DNA of 64,000 nucleotides, taken from the NCBI GenBank assembly GCA_051294375.1, contig CM119271.1:2184677-2248676 (forward strand). Reading direction: 5' to 3'. Shown piece after piece: positions 35,693 to 62,300 of this stretch. The notes below the pieces were generated by a model that was not told the DNA's origin, did no database searches, and worked only from the letters and a program-made list of their open reading frames with translations. Source of the DNA: Paraspadella gotoi. Lineage: Eukaryota; Animalia; Chaetognatha. Position 1 is the stretch's first letter. Each line of letters starts with the position of its first letter. The translations under genes were made by a program, and so were the position numbers.

Positions 35693-37158
35693 CGTCGTCG
35701 AAATTTAATTCGTTTGTTTGTTTATTTATGTGTATTTTTAATTTCGCGGAGGAACATTCGTCGAAACGAACGGCGACGAATAAAGTCGGATTTTCGTTCT
35801 TTTCGATCCCATTTACTCTTTTTATTTATTTATTCTCCGCGACTCGGAGGAGCTTCTCGAAAAAAAAATATGAATACGCGTATAAATATCACAATGTTTA
35901 CTTTTTCCGCGTGTAATATGTTCCTTAGCTTAGATTGTATTAACGTGAAAAAAAAATCACCTTTTTATCGAGATAAGATTACGTCTTTCAACATTCCAGC
36001 GATATACCGCGCGTTTGATAAAAGGAATGAGGAAGCATTGTGTTCACAATTAATTAAATAATGAAAAAAAAAACAACATATCCTTCGAATACAAATACTT
36101 TGGGGATACAGGTAACACGATTCGCTACGGCAATTTCAAAAGCGCACAGAAACGAAAACCTGTAGTAATTAAAAAAATATCCTTGTTGAAAGAGGTTAAA
36201 TACATCTGTTTCTTAATCTTTCCAATGACTAGTTTCGATATAAATGTATTCATTGAGATGAGGAGAGAAAAAAAAATTGGGGGGAAAAAATCACCGAATG
36301 GACACTTAGTGTGATTCAACGAAACTACCTTTAATCCGTAGGCTCCCATTGTATACATTTTAACGACAATTCTAAAAGGACAAGAGAGAGGAGGCGAGGA
36401 GCTTCGCCAAACCCTCGTTACTTCGCGGTCTCCCTTGCATAATTACAACTAGATTTTAAGGAGGTTCAAACTAAAGGAGCAACAAACCGGGTGGAGAATT
36501 TTAAAACAACGAAGGGAGAAACGAGGGCGCAAAAAAAAAACAAGTTTTTTTTTCTCGAAAACTCTGCATTTAGCACACTTTGATTGGAGAGCCGCTTATG
36601 ACTCGGTCAGTCGGTGTGGAACGAGGGGGGAAAAAAAAAAGAAGGAAAGTGTCTATTTTGGCAACGAACTCGTCCAACGAAGACTTTTTTATGGCACTAA
36701 TTTTTTACGGAACGAACCCCGATTCGCTGAGGCTCTGCAAATGATCGTCAATGGTTGGGAACTTTTAAAGACAAGCCGTTTTATAATCTGAAATTTAAGC
36801 GACAACAAGCGGACCGGGCGTGCTTGATCATTTGCATAACTGGTAGTTCCTCGGGGAAATAAAACTCAACAAATGAGAAATCTCAAACGATGAAGTCCCA
36901 GACATCGCGTAATTTAATTAAATGTCCAAGTTTTCCTTTTTTTTGGGGGAGGAGGATGGAGTAGTGGGCTCATTATCACCTTAAGTTCGATCATTTACAT
37001 AATATCATTACTCGTAGGTGCCGTGTTAAAAACAAATTTGTTAGCGGGTTGCACACCACAGGTTAAAAAGAAAGGAAAAATCAAAATCAAAATACACGCT
37101 CAGCCGGGGACCCCCAAAAAGAAAGGTTGAGCCATTTAATCGTGTTATTTAATCATCA

Positions 37159-40100
37159 TCAGTCTTCCTCGCCGTACAAGTCCGGGCACCGGGCCCAATC
37201 TCTCGTCTCTTTGCAGTTCCAGTATTCCCCGATGTACTTGTGCATGACGGTCCCGCTGAGAACGTCCTGTTCTTTCCGGAACCACACCGGATGATGGACG
37301 TTGTCGAAATGCTCCCCTCGAGCGGACGCCGCTTCAGCCTCCGCCTCCTTCTTTCGCCGCTTTCGTCGTTGTTTCTCTTCCAGGCTGCAAAAGGAAATGG
37401 AAATGGTTGTCAACCCCGATATGTGTCGTTTCTTTCCTTCAAACCAACAAACTTTTGGGTTAAAAATAATAGATTAATCTCACGAAAATATTTTTAAAAA
37501 AACCAAAAAAAACAAAAGGACCTCGAGAAATCTAAAAATACCCGCACCGAAAACTTCCTCTTAAAACGTGTTTAATTGTCTCTCACCGAACTTTCTCGTC
37601 GTTGGCCTCGTCCCACCGGGCGTTTTCCATTAGTCGCTGATCCGGCCGAATCCGCGTGTCGGTCGGCGCCACCCCTTCTTCCTCCTCGTTGAGCTGGACC
37701 GCGAAACGTGTGAAGGCGTACATGTTGTCGTTTCCGTTCTCGGAATAGTTGCGCTTCCATACGGGTTGCCACGCCCCCGTCTCGATCTCGCGTTTCCCGT
37801 CCGTGTTGGAGTGGTTGACCACGGGGGCCACCTCGATGTGGTCGTCCCACGTGCCGCGGACGACGTAGTGTTCACGGCCGGACTCGTCCGTCACAACGCC
37901 GGTCACCTGAAGTGAATGGAGAAACATCAAAGTCAAAACATTTTATAATTAAGCCAAAATAATAAACGAGGTTCTTTTAGTAGTGTAATTTGAAATATCA
38001 AGCTCTCAATGATGAAATAAAACGGCCTCACCTTCCGCGGAATGTCCCTCGAGAAGTAAGAGTAGGCGTAGTACTTGAGATGACAGTTATCGCGTGTGGT
38101 GTGGTTGAAGATGTCCATTTCGCCCGACTGGTCCACCCACAGTTTTCCCACGATAATGTTGTGGACGGTGGTGGTGACTTTCCGCCAAGTATAGTGGTTG
38201 CCCGACTCCTTGAACCGGAGATGCGTGATACCGAGCGGAATGATCTGAAGGTACTTGCCGCGAAACTTGGAGCTCATGGTAAACTCTTGCCAGAGCTCCC
38301 ACCGGTCGGACTCGACGTGTTGAGCAGCGGCTGGCGGATGGTGGGAGACCTGTTCCGTGATGAGACGCCAACCCTTGTCGTCGGTGCGGTCGCACTCGTA
38401 GGTCTCGCCCAGCAGTGGATTGAATGGCTTGGTCGTCCTCACGGTGGTCGTCGCGTAGGAGGAGACGGTGAAGGCGGCGACGAAGGCCAACTGCTGACGA
38501 GAGTCGCTCATCGTCGCCGCTTGATCCAGAATCTCCGAATATTCCATGTCCTCGCTCAGGCGTTGCAACATGGAGAGCGGTTCGCTGAAGTTGACCGGCA
38601 TGGGGATCTTGGAGAGTTCCTTGCCGATGCAGTTCTTCATAATGCTCCACAGGTTGAGCGGATAATTGGGCTTGGGTGCGATGGCGGTGCGACGACGGCG
38701 CGCCGGGGTCTGAGCCTCGTCGCCGGTGGCGCCGGGTAAAGACGCCATGGCGCCCTCCGCAAACTGAAGCGGAATGGGCGAGGAAGACAGAGACGCCACG
38801 GATTTTTTGGTTTTCGTTCTCACGGTGACCACGCGTCCGCTGGCGCCCTTGCCCTCTTCCATGTCGGACTCGGTGGAGGAGGCGTCGTCGACACCGACAT
38901 CGCCGGCCGCCGAGGCGCCGGAGGCGGTGCTGGCGGCGCGCTGGTGCGCCGAGGGTCCAGATGGAAGAGGGACGTTAAACTCTTCCGCTTCTTCCATCAC
39001 GTCGAAGAACTCGTCGTCGTCGTCCTCGGAAACGTTGCTGGAGGCGCCGTGGGCAGCGGCAAGTGCGTGGGAGTTTGAGGCGGCAGCGCTAGGGGCGGCG
39101 TCGTTTAGGGGCGAAGGTACGTTCTGGACGGGAAAGTTGAGAGCGATGGTGGGCGTGCCGATGGTGGCGAGGATGGCGTTGGGGTCGTTGTCGATGGGTT
39201 CGGGCCCGTTGACGGCTGCGGACCGATGCGGCGTGAACAAGCTCGACTGTTGCTGGGCGTTGGAAGCATTTTTACGCGCCTGGCGTTCCAACGACGAATG
39301 CTGCTTGGCCAACGTCTCGACCATCTCCTCCAGACGAAGCCTCTGGTCGTGTTCGAACTGAAGGAGCCTGAAAAAATCAAAAATAAAAAAAATGTACTAA
39401 AGAGAAATAAAAAACCAGAGAGAGGAGGAGAAAAAATAAAATCGACAAAAAAGGAAGACAGGCTTTTTTTTCATATTCGTGCACGCTAAGCGATCATAAT
39501 AATTCCCAAGGGAAGAAAAGAAGAAGAAAAAGTATTTTCTGGGATTTTTAAGTCAAATATCTTCAATTTTGTTTTCCCTAATTATCAGCTCGATATATGT
39601 AAATATATGGAATTTTTTTTATTGAGAACCATGAAAAATAGTATTACAGCCTCAAAAATCAATATGATTTATGAATAAACTCACTCACGTCGATTTTAAC
39701 AAGTTTACCTCTGCCATTTTCCGCCCTGAGTCTGCGCAATGTCCAAAAAGTCGGCGCATGCGTTGATCATCGCATTCGACGTAATTCTAAACAGCGTGGC
39801 ACGCTCGTTGACGCCCCTGATACGCGGCACGGCGTCCGCCGTCGACTCCATCTGCTCCAGCTCCGAGAGGGAGCGCTGGAGGGCGGCGCCGTGTTTGGTG
39901 ATGAGGTCGTTACAGGTCTGCAAGTCCTCCATCTTGGCCTGCAGGGTTCGTACCATGTTGGCCAGCTCGTTCTTGTCGGCGGCGGAAACTATGTCGTCCT
40001 TGTCCTCGTCCGAATCTAGGATCTGGATGGCGCGCGCCTTAGCCAGCTCCAGCGCCGTCACCCACTTCTGTCGCTCCACCTCCGAGGTGGCCTTAAGGTG

Positions 40101-40343
40101 GAACCGCTGCGTGCCGCCGTTGGAGACGACGAAGTTGCAAGAGTCCTCGGTGTGGATAAAGGCGTTCTCCAGGTTGATGGTGCCGCGACAGGTGTGCGCC
40201 ATCTCAGCTTGTGTGCGATAGTAGGAAAGGAGGCCATTCTGCAGTACGAACCAACGCTTCTGGTAGCCGTTGATGTAGTTAGTCCATTTGAAAAGCCAGC
40301 CGCGATACTCGTCGGCTTTGGCAACTTTCGATGAATCCGACAT
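37159..40343 (-). CDS. OSBP: Oxysterol-binding protein (PH domain, FFAT motif, ORD)
   Basis: PH GWLFKWTNYINGYQKRWFVL; FFAT EDDDDEFFDVME; ORD LNLWSIMKNCIGKELSKIPMPVNF, KPFNPLLGETYE, EQVSHHPP, APTDTRIRPDQR. Confidence 0.97.
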
Positions 40344-40753
40344 CGTGCCTTTCACTCTCTCTCAAAAATTTACAAAAACATGTAACAATTAAAATACTCG
40401 AGTTGAGTTTAATTAAATAACACTTAAAACGATTGCACTATAAAAATAAGCTAAACAAGGGTCGTCTGGAAAATTTAGTCTTTTTCCAGCTCAACAAAAG
40501 CAATACATTTCATTTGCGGACGCCGAAAGATTTATCTCTTCATAATTTTCTCAAAAACTATTTCGACTAAATAAAAAAAAAATTACGTTTCTTCAGTCTG
40601 GTGTAATTTGTTCAGGCATTTTTCGAATCGGCTCCAACATCGAAGTTCAAGTTTAGAAAAAAAAAAATCGAGTTTGTACTCGACGGGATGATTCAGACAA
40701 ACTTGAATCGCGCTCGCCGATAACACCCAAAAAAAACAATAAGAAAAAAATAT

Positions 40754-42560
40754 TCAGCTTTTCCCGACGGCCATCAAGAGAACGTTTTCCAACGAGGTCG
40801 CCTCGTCGACGTAAGGAACGAGTTTAACGTCGACCCCAGGCCACGAATCGACGAGATACTCGAGCCTGCCTCGATCGAGCAGACGCTTGCATCGTCGCCC
40901 GATCCGACTCCTCTCTTCGGCTGTGGTTCGATAATACCAGCCCCAGTCCGAGTCGAAGTCTCGATTCGATCCGGAATCATTTTTCTTTTCGCTTCCGATC
41001 GATATTCGGTCGACGTGGAAGGACGAGGAAGAGGGATCATTTTTCTCTCTTTCTTCTTCCTCCTCTCGCTCCTCCTCCTTCCCGCCTCGCTCGAAACCGC
41101 AAGTCGCCCAGCTGGAGAGCGACCTGAGCAGCCAAAACTCGCGAGGATCGAAACCGATTCGAGAGAGAAAATCGAGGCCGACGTAAGATCGATATTCGAC
41201 GCGGTGGTGACAACAGAGAGCGACGACGACGCCGGCGACGGAATCCGCGGCGTCGGACCGGCAGTCGAGGGCGCAGCGGAGGCTGAGGTCCGTCGCGGCG
41301 CCGCAGAGATGCTTGGAGACGAGGACGACGGGAAGGCGGGAGCAGGCGACTTCGGGAACGACGGAGAGGTTGAGGTGCTCGATATCCATTCGGAGGCGAT
41401 GGAATTTGGGTCCTGAGCGGAATTCCTCTTTTGATAACGTTATAAAGAAAGGATAATTAAAAAACAAAAAACAAAAAAACACGGTCCGTACCTTCGGAGT
41501 CGTTTCTATGAAAGGCGTCCATCTTATATCGCACCCCCTGGCGGTCTACGAGAACGAAACGCGCGCCGGTTTCGGGGCCCAAAGCGCGTTGGATCCAATG
41601 GTTGACGTGACCCCGACCGGCGCCCATCTCGACGTAGCAGTAGTCATCGCCGAGGAGGCCGCCCGATGCCATGTGGGCGAGGATGGAAGACTGAACAGTG
41701 AACAAAGTCAAATCACTAATCCGTAACGTAATCGTGAAGGAGCGAAATCGTGCGAATCACCGAGAACTTTCGCGGATCCACCAGAGACTCTTATCAATAA
41801 ACCGCACAATCCGCCCACTAACAATAGTTTTTAAAAAAATAAATTCAAAGAAAATTAGAAAATTAGTATCACCTGCTGACGTGCGTGCTTCAGGGCACCG
41901 TCCTCTGACAAGTCCTCCCTCTCCAACTCCGTCTTCATGACGGGATGTTCTTTACGCTGAATCTCTACGCCGTCGAGGCAAAAGTCCTCGGACAGGCGAA
42001 GCACCTTCTCAACGAAGGCCTTCAACTCGAGAGGCTGAAGATCGTTGATGGTGATTTTTGAAGGGATTTCCAGGTCCATCGGCCCCGCGTTGATGTTACG
42101 AACGAAGCCTACAAAAAGAGAAGAAAACTCTGGAATATAAATGACCGAAGCAATTGTTTCGCAAATTTGCCCGTTCTATTTCTGATTAAACTGATCTATT
42201 TTTCGTACGTACAACAAACTACCCCACCTCACCGACTGGCATATCCTCCAACCTCGCGTTGCAAATCCGCAAATGTTTCTGCAGCTGCGTCTTGTAGCAA
42301 GTGTGCGTCGGATCAACTGGGCAAGGGATTCTGATCTTCTTCTCCGGCAAATCTTCGCCTCTCTCGCTCATCACGTGCTCCCCGCAGAACCGAAGCCCCT
42401 TCGCCGGTGACATTCGGCAATACCGATTCTTTTTTCGGATGTAAAAGTTGCAGCATCCGTCGCCGGGCGGAGGCGGGGCGGCCGGTTTGGCGACGCGGGA
42501 AGACGGTTGACGAGCAGGTTTGGAGGAAGATGAGGAGGAAGCGTTCGCTTCGTTGGTCAT
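40754..42560 (-). CDS. TRMT13: tRNA position-4 2'-O-methyltransferase TRM13
   Basis: Zinc fingers CNFYIRKKNRYC...FCGEH and RIPCPVDPTHTC...KHLRIC; YVEMGAGRG; RLRMDIEHLNL; SKHLCGAATDLSLRC; ALCCHHR; SLENVLL. Confidence 0.95.
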
Positions 42561-42696
42561 TGTTTTTGAGGTTGTGCAAAGTTAACTGGGTCTAGAAAAA
42601 TATAACAACGATCGATAGTTTACAAATATCCAACGGACATAACAAGAAAAGGCTCGTAAAAGTCTTTAAACTCTCTCAACAAAGAAGCCACAATTT

Positions 42697-42803
42697 TTAA
42701 TTCCTTTATGGAATATTAATTCTGTATCGTTCCACCTCGCCACGATCTATCGACCACCGCGAACAAAAGGGGCATTTCGTGGCGAGGTGGACCGATATGA
42801 GAA
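42697..42803 (-). mobile_element. 107-bp miniature DIRS derivative: left ITR tip fused to right ITR tip
   Basis: Minus strand reads TTCTCATATCGGTCCACCTCGCCACGAAATGCCCC...GATAGA-TCGTGGCGAGGTGGAACGATACAGAATTAATATTCCATAAAGGAATTAA, matching both ends of the large element. Confidence 0.9.
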
Positions 42804-42858
42804 TTAAAACTACGACATCTCGAAAACAAGTATCCAACCGTCAAGGCGACCCGCTCTG

Positions 42859-57089
<14,231 letters not shown>

Positions 57090-57486
57090 CTAGATAGATG
57101 GAAAATAAAAGGGTTTATCTTTAGCAAAAATGTTTTACTCCGAAGAAAAAAAAATGTAAGAAAATGTGTGATGAAATGTAGCAGACTTGGCCGAATCAGA
57201 AAGTACGGATTGGCGAAGCGTTCGTGAGAGCGAATGCTTGTGATCGCGCGCATGATAGTGGCATGAGGCGAGTGGAATTCATGATCGAAAATTTAGAAAA
57301 AATACTAGGCGAACAAAAAAAAAATTGACCGGTACGAACTCGTAAAGTCAAAACAAGGAATGCGCTCTTATGGCATTTGACAACAACAACAACCAAAAAA
57401 TAAATTGGAAAACCGTCCGCAAAAAAAAAAAATAAAGTTTAAAAATAATCTGGTGGCGGGAAGAAAATTCGCGGTTGGCGCGAATA

Positions 57487-57651
<165 letters not shown>

Positions 57652-57705
57652 TAAAATGTCCGGCCACCCAGGGTGAGTCCGAAGCTTTCGCCGTTGAGTT
57701 TTTTT

Positions 57706-59058
57706 TCATTCGGCTTGCACGCGCAGCTTGTCGAGATCGGAGGAAACTTTGTCGACGAGTTCGTCCTCCCTTGACGGGGAAGACGCGGGTTTTAGCGACT
57801 CGTCTTTTCCTTTAGACGCTTCCTCTTCCTCTTCCTCCGACGCTGAATCGGATTTCTTTTCCACGTTCTCCTTCTCATCGTCGTCTTCGGCGGCGGCGGC
57901 GGCGGCTTTGCGGACGGCGTCCTCGAAGGCGGTCTTGAAGGCGGTGGCGTTCTCTTTGGAACCGAATCGAGCGGCCAGCGTCTCCGCCGTCAGCTCTTCG
58001 TCGGAATAATCAGCTGGCGAAAGAGATAGTGAAAAAGTGAGAACGTTGAGAGCGAGAAAGGCATTTGTTCACGATTTATCGCGTTACCAACTTACCATTG
58101 GTGAACCAAACAAAGGCTTTCTCCGATCCTTTCATGGGAACCAGAGTCATTTCGGGTTGGATCACGTGATTAGCGCAAATCTGTTTTGAACAAAAAAAAG
58201 GCTGAATTCATTTACTGATGTAAAATATTAATATTAAACCTTTAAGGCAATAGAACAAAAATGTATCAAAGCTTAATCAGAATACGACAATATGCAAATG
58301 AGATTTAGGAACTCGATCTCTTTTGAGATAATCCACAAATTAATCTGTTGCAAGACGACGTCTTTTCCTAATCCAAAACCATTTATTTTAACCTTTAACG
58401 TTTGTTCTCGTCTCATGACGAGGCGATAGTGAGAATTTTTCGGGTGAAAGAAAATTTTGAGATCGCCCAACCCACGCTCCTTCCACTCTGGGGGGTTTTC
58501 CTCTCGATCCATTCGGTACAATTTCGCTCTGAGAAGCATAAAATGGAAAAAGGGTCAAGGCGTCTGCGCAGTCTAACTTCCTCCCTTAGTTAATTCGATC
58601 GATCTCTTAATTCAATTTGCATATTGAAGAAATATCATTATTTCAGTTCCACTTTCCTAGTTGTTTGTTAATGATCAGTGACAACGAAAGAGCACAAGTT
58701 AAATTTTAAATCAACAGAGATCTCAAGAACATTTATTACCTAGATCACACGAAAAAGGGAAACCCGCTCACTCACCTCATTTTAAAGAGGGTCTCCTCTT
58801 CCTCCTCCAACTTGGGGGCGGGCACGAGTTCGGGCAGTTCGATGAGAGGCGCGAACTGAACATCGGGGCTCGAGGGTTCCGCCGTTCCGTTTTCCGAAGT
58901 CTCGTCTGAAAAAAACAAAACAAAAAACACGACATTATCATTAATTAAATCACATCTATTAGTTACTTCGTATTTAATTTGTTAACATTGCTTGCGTTTA
59001 TTTAAGTTTATTTTTTTCGTCAGTCACGCTCACCGTTTTTATTGCTCTCGTCGCCCAT
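57706..59058 (-). CDS. RANBP1: Ran-specific GTPase-activating protein / Ran-binding protein 1 (multi-exon)
   Basis: PDVQFAPLIELP...EEETLFKM; RAKLYRMDRE...WKERGLGDLKI...RLVMRREQTLK; ICANHVI...KAFVW; DYSDEELTAETLAARFGSKENATAFKTAFE; acidic tail; stop at 57706-57708. Confidence 0.93.
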
Positions 59059-59310
59059 AATAGAATGCGGTTTGTAGATGGTTCCCAAAATAAAAGTCAA
59101 AATTAAATTTATAAGATCCAAAAGGTTCATCAAATAGTAAATCGAGATTTTTTTTTAAATCTTAAAACGAAACAACTGCAAAAGAAAAAAAAAATAAAAT
59201 AAACTGGGTAAAGATTGTCCAACAAATAACGAAATAACGTTAACAAAACTTTTGAAACAAACGACCCGGCTAAAATGTAAACAAATAATCAAAACAGTTT
59301 TCTTTTTTTT

Positions 59311-62300
59311 TTAAATGTAGGGAGCCCATCCGATGTACATGAGTTCGAGTTTCTTGAGGTCGGTGGCGTCTTTGAGCAAGTCTTGCACCTGTCCCTCAAC
59401 GGAGAGCGGCATCCCCAAACGATGGCGTCCCTCGCCACGGAGACGCTGCTTAAGTTTCTCCAAACTCTCGACCGCCAGAGTGTTCTCTTTGAACTCTCCG
59501 CTTTCGGGAACCTGGTTGAAGGAGGAGTTTGGAAGCGAGGGTAAATTGTGAGAATGAAGAAATGACAATGAAGAATAAAGAATGAAAGAATGAAAAATGA
59601 ATGAAGAAAAGAAATAAAAAAGATCCCTCACCGTCTTCGAAGGAGCTTCTTTCCTCTTTCCGTCCCTCGTCCACTCGACGAGCGGATCGTAGAGGAAAGC
59701 CGTCATGGCGCTTAACAGCGCCTCTTGCTCCTCGCGCATCACGCGCAACGTGGCTTCGCACGCGCATCGAAACACGCCCTCTATACCCATGGGGCCGAAA
59801 CCGTCGACTACGTTTTGAGTTAACCTTTTTCGAAAAAGGCATGAGTAGAAGCATTTGCAATCATCTTTGTGTGATTCGATCATTTTTTTATTTATTAATG
59901 TATTTATTATTTATTTTTCTTTAAGTGTCTCACCTAAATGGAATGTTCTCTGGAACCTTCAACGTCTCCCCCTTGTTGAAGAGACAATCGAAATCGACGT
60001 GAACGGCGTCGCCGTTGGTGGTGTCGCAAAGGATGTTCTCGCCGTGGCGGTCGCCGAGTCCGACCACGAATCCCACCATGGACATGACGGCCGTGGTGCG
60101 GGCGTAGTTGGTCCGGGCGCGGTACCACTGCGACGGCTCGGAAAAGGTGCGCGGGAAGTGGAGGTGGAAGACCGGGGGTGAGTGGCCGGCAAAGAGCTCG
60201 CGGAAAATCTTTTTACGGGCCTCGCTGTGATGGGGTAATGATTATTTGTTATTAGTTAGGTTAAATAAACATAGTCTTTATCACCGACCTATCGGCAGGC
60301 GCCTTGTTCCACTCCCTCGTCTTCCTCGCGGTCTCTTGTTCCTCCAGCCCCGTCCCTTCTTCCCGGTGCAGCTTGAGGATGATCTTGCGCATGGCCGTCA
60401 AATCGGGGATCCATTCCACGATACCCGCCTTCTCCGAGAGCGGGATCACGGCGTAGGTACGGATGTAGAGCTCCTTCTGTCGGGTGGACGGGTCCTTGCG
60501 GAGGCACTTGTTCACGATTCCGTTAAATTCGAGGAATCTTAAGTAAACGAGAAAGGGAAAAGCCGTTGATATTTTGTTTATTACCATGGCGGCGCTGCGA
60601 GAGCTTGCATTCGTCCAAAGCGAAAAAAAAAAACAAAAGACAAAAACCAAGTAGTAATAGCTAACGACAGTCTCACCTCGAATCCTTCCTCAAATCGTCT
60701 TCGGCTTTGCAGAGGATGGAATAAGTCTTTCCGTCAGATCCTAGGATCTCCACCTTTTTCGGCTTCTGCAGAGATTTGAGAACTTCGATGCTATCGCGAA
60801 AGCTTTGGATGTAAACTGTGGTCGCGGGAAAGGGTCGATGTTCGCTGTGTTCTCGATTCTGAAAGTGAAGGACTCCATCGTTTTGCGAGATGTGATGGAC
60901 AAAGCCAACGGTTCAATTGAATCGTCGCTAAAAAAACAAAAAAAACAAACCTGCGTGGTCGCGTCGCTAGGCAACAGCGGATACAAGGAATCCTGAAAGG
61001 GTAAAATAATCCTGGGAAACTTTGCCGACTTGATCATGCTCTCCAGGGGTCGGAAGTGTCTCGTGAGACTCAGCATCTTTTCCCCCTCTGGCTTGTGCTG
61101 GCAGATCTTGATGAGGTGGTCGGAGAGACTCGAAAAGACTTTGAGCAAGAACCAGTTCTCCTCCGTCGTTTCCTGTTTGAAGACGCGAGTGATTTCTTCG
61201 TAGCGTTGGCGACGGCGCTGGCTGGAAGAGTTGGAAACCTGGCGAAAATATTTTGTTTTGTTTGTTTAAAGATTTTGTTATAATCGTTAACCACTTAACA
61301 CCAACATCCCAAGTACCTGCACCATCTGCCAAAACGTTTGTTGCGGAAAGGCCTTCATCACGTGAACGATAATTTTGGTGAGCCGAGTGAAGACGACGTT
61401 CGACGAGTGACAGATCCGAGAAATAAGCTGAGGGAACACTACCAACAATTGGTAGGGCTGCAGTGTGGGAACGATCTGATCTATGTAGTTCTCCGTCAGC
61501 TCGAGGAAGATGGTCGTGATCTTAGCCACGCCTCCCTTTTGCGTCTGAGAGGCTTTGGCCGGGTTCTTACGCAGGCTCTCCTCCATCTCGGCGACCTTGG
61601 AGGCGAGCTCGAACCATTTCTCGAAGACGAAAGGCAGCGTTTGATAGAAGAACTGAGAACCGTGCCTCAGACAGGCCAGGTAGTAGCGGAATATCTCCGA
61701 GAGAAGATTGTACTTGCCCGATGGCTCGCCGACTTCTTGCTGGCGTTTGAGGTGTTTTTGGAGGCATTTGCCCGTCGCGTAATAGGCCTTGGAGAGAAGG
61801 TGATTGTTAATTTTAAAACTTGCACGTAATTCGCCGCAAGCTCCTTACTTTCTCCCAGTCGGCGCCGCCTTCCAAGTGCGTGACGGCGCGAAAGAGCGGC
61901 CACTGCGAACGAAGGTCGACCAGATCGAGCTCATCTTTGAATCGCGCGTGAAGGAGGTGCGTCTCCGCATGCACGCGAGCCGCCTGTCGGTTTCCGCCGT
62001 AATCCCAAACGACGGCGTCGGCGCGCGAGTCGGAGCGGGAGTCGGAGCGGGAGTCGGCGACGCGAAATTTGTGGAAGGTGGAGGACATGCGCTTTTCTAT
62101 GAGAAAAGGGATTCGGGGGGGGGGAAAGGATAATTGGTCAAACAGGGTCCCAGGGTCCCTGCAGGACTCGTTAAGATCCAACGGCAACAACCACCAACCC
62201 AAAAAGTTGAGCGCCTCCGTTTTCTTCCCCGTCGAACTGAGCAGCTTGGCCCGTTCCATGGGAAACTCGAGCAGATCGTAGGCGCGGGCCGAGTTGAGGG

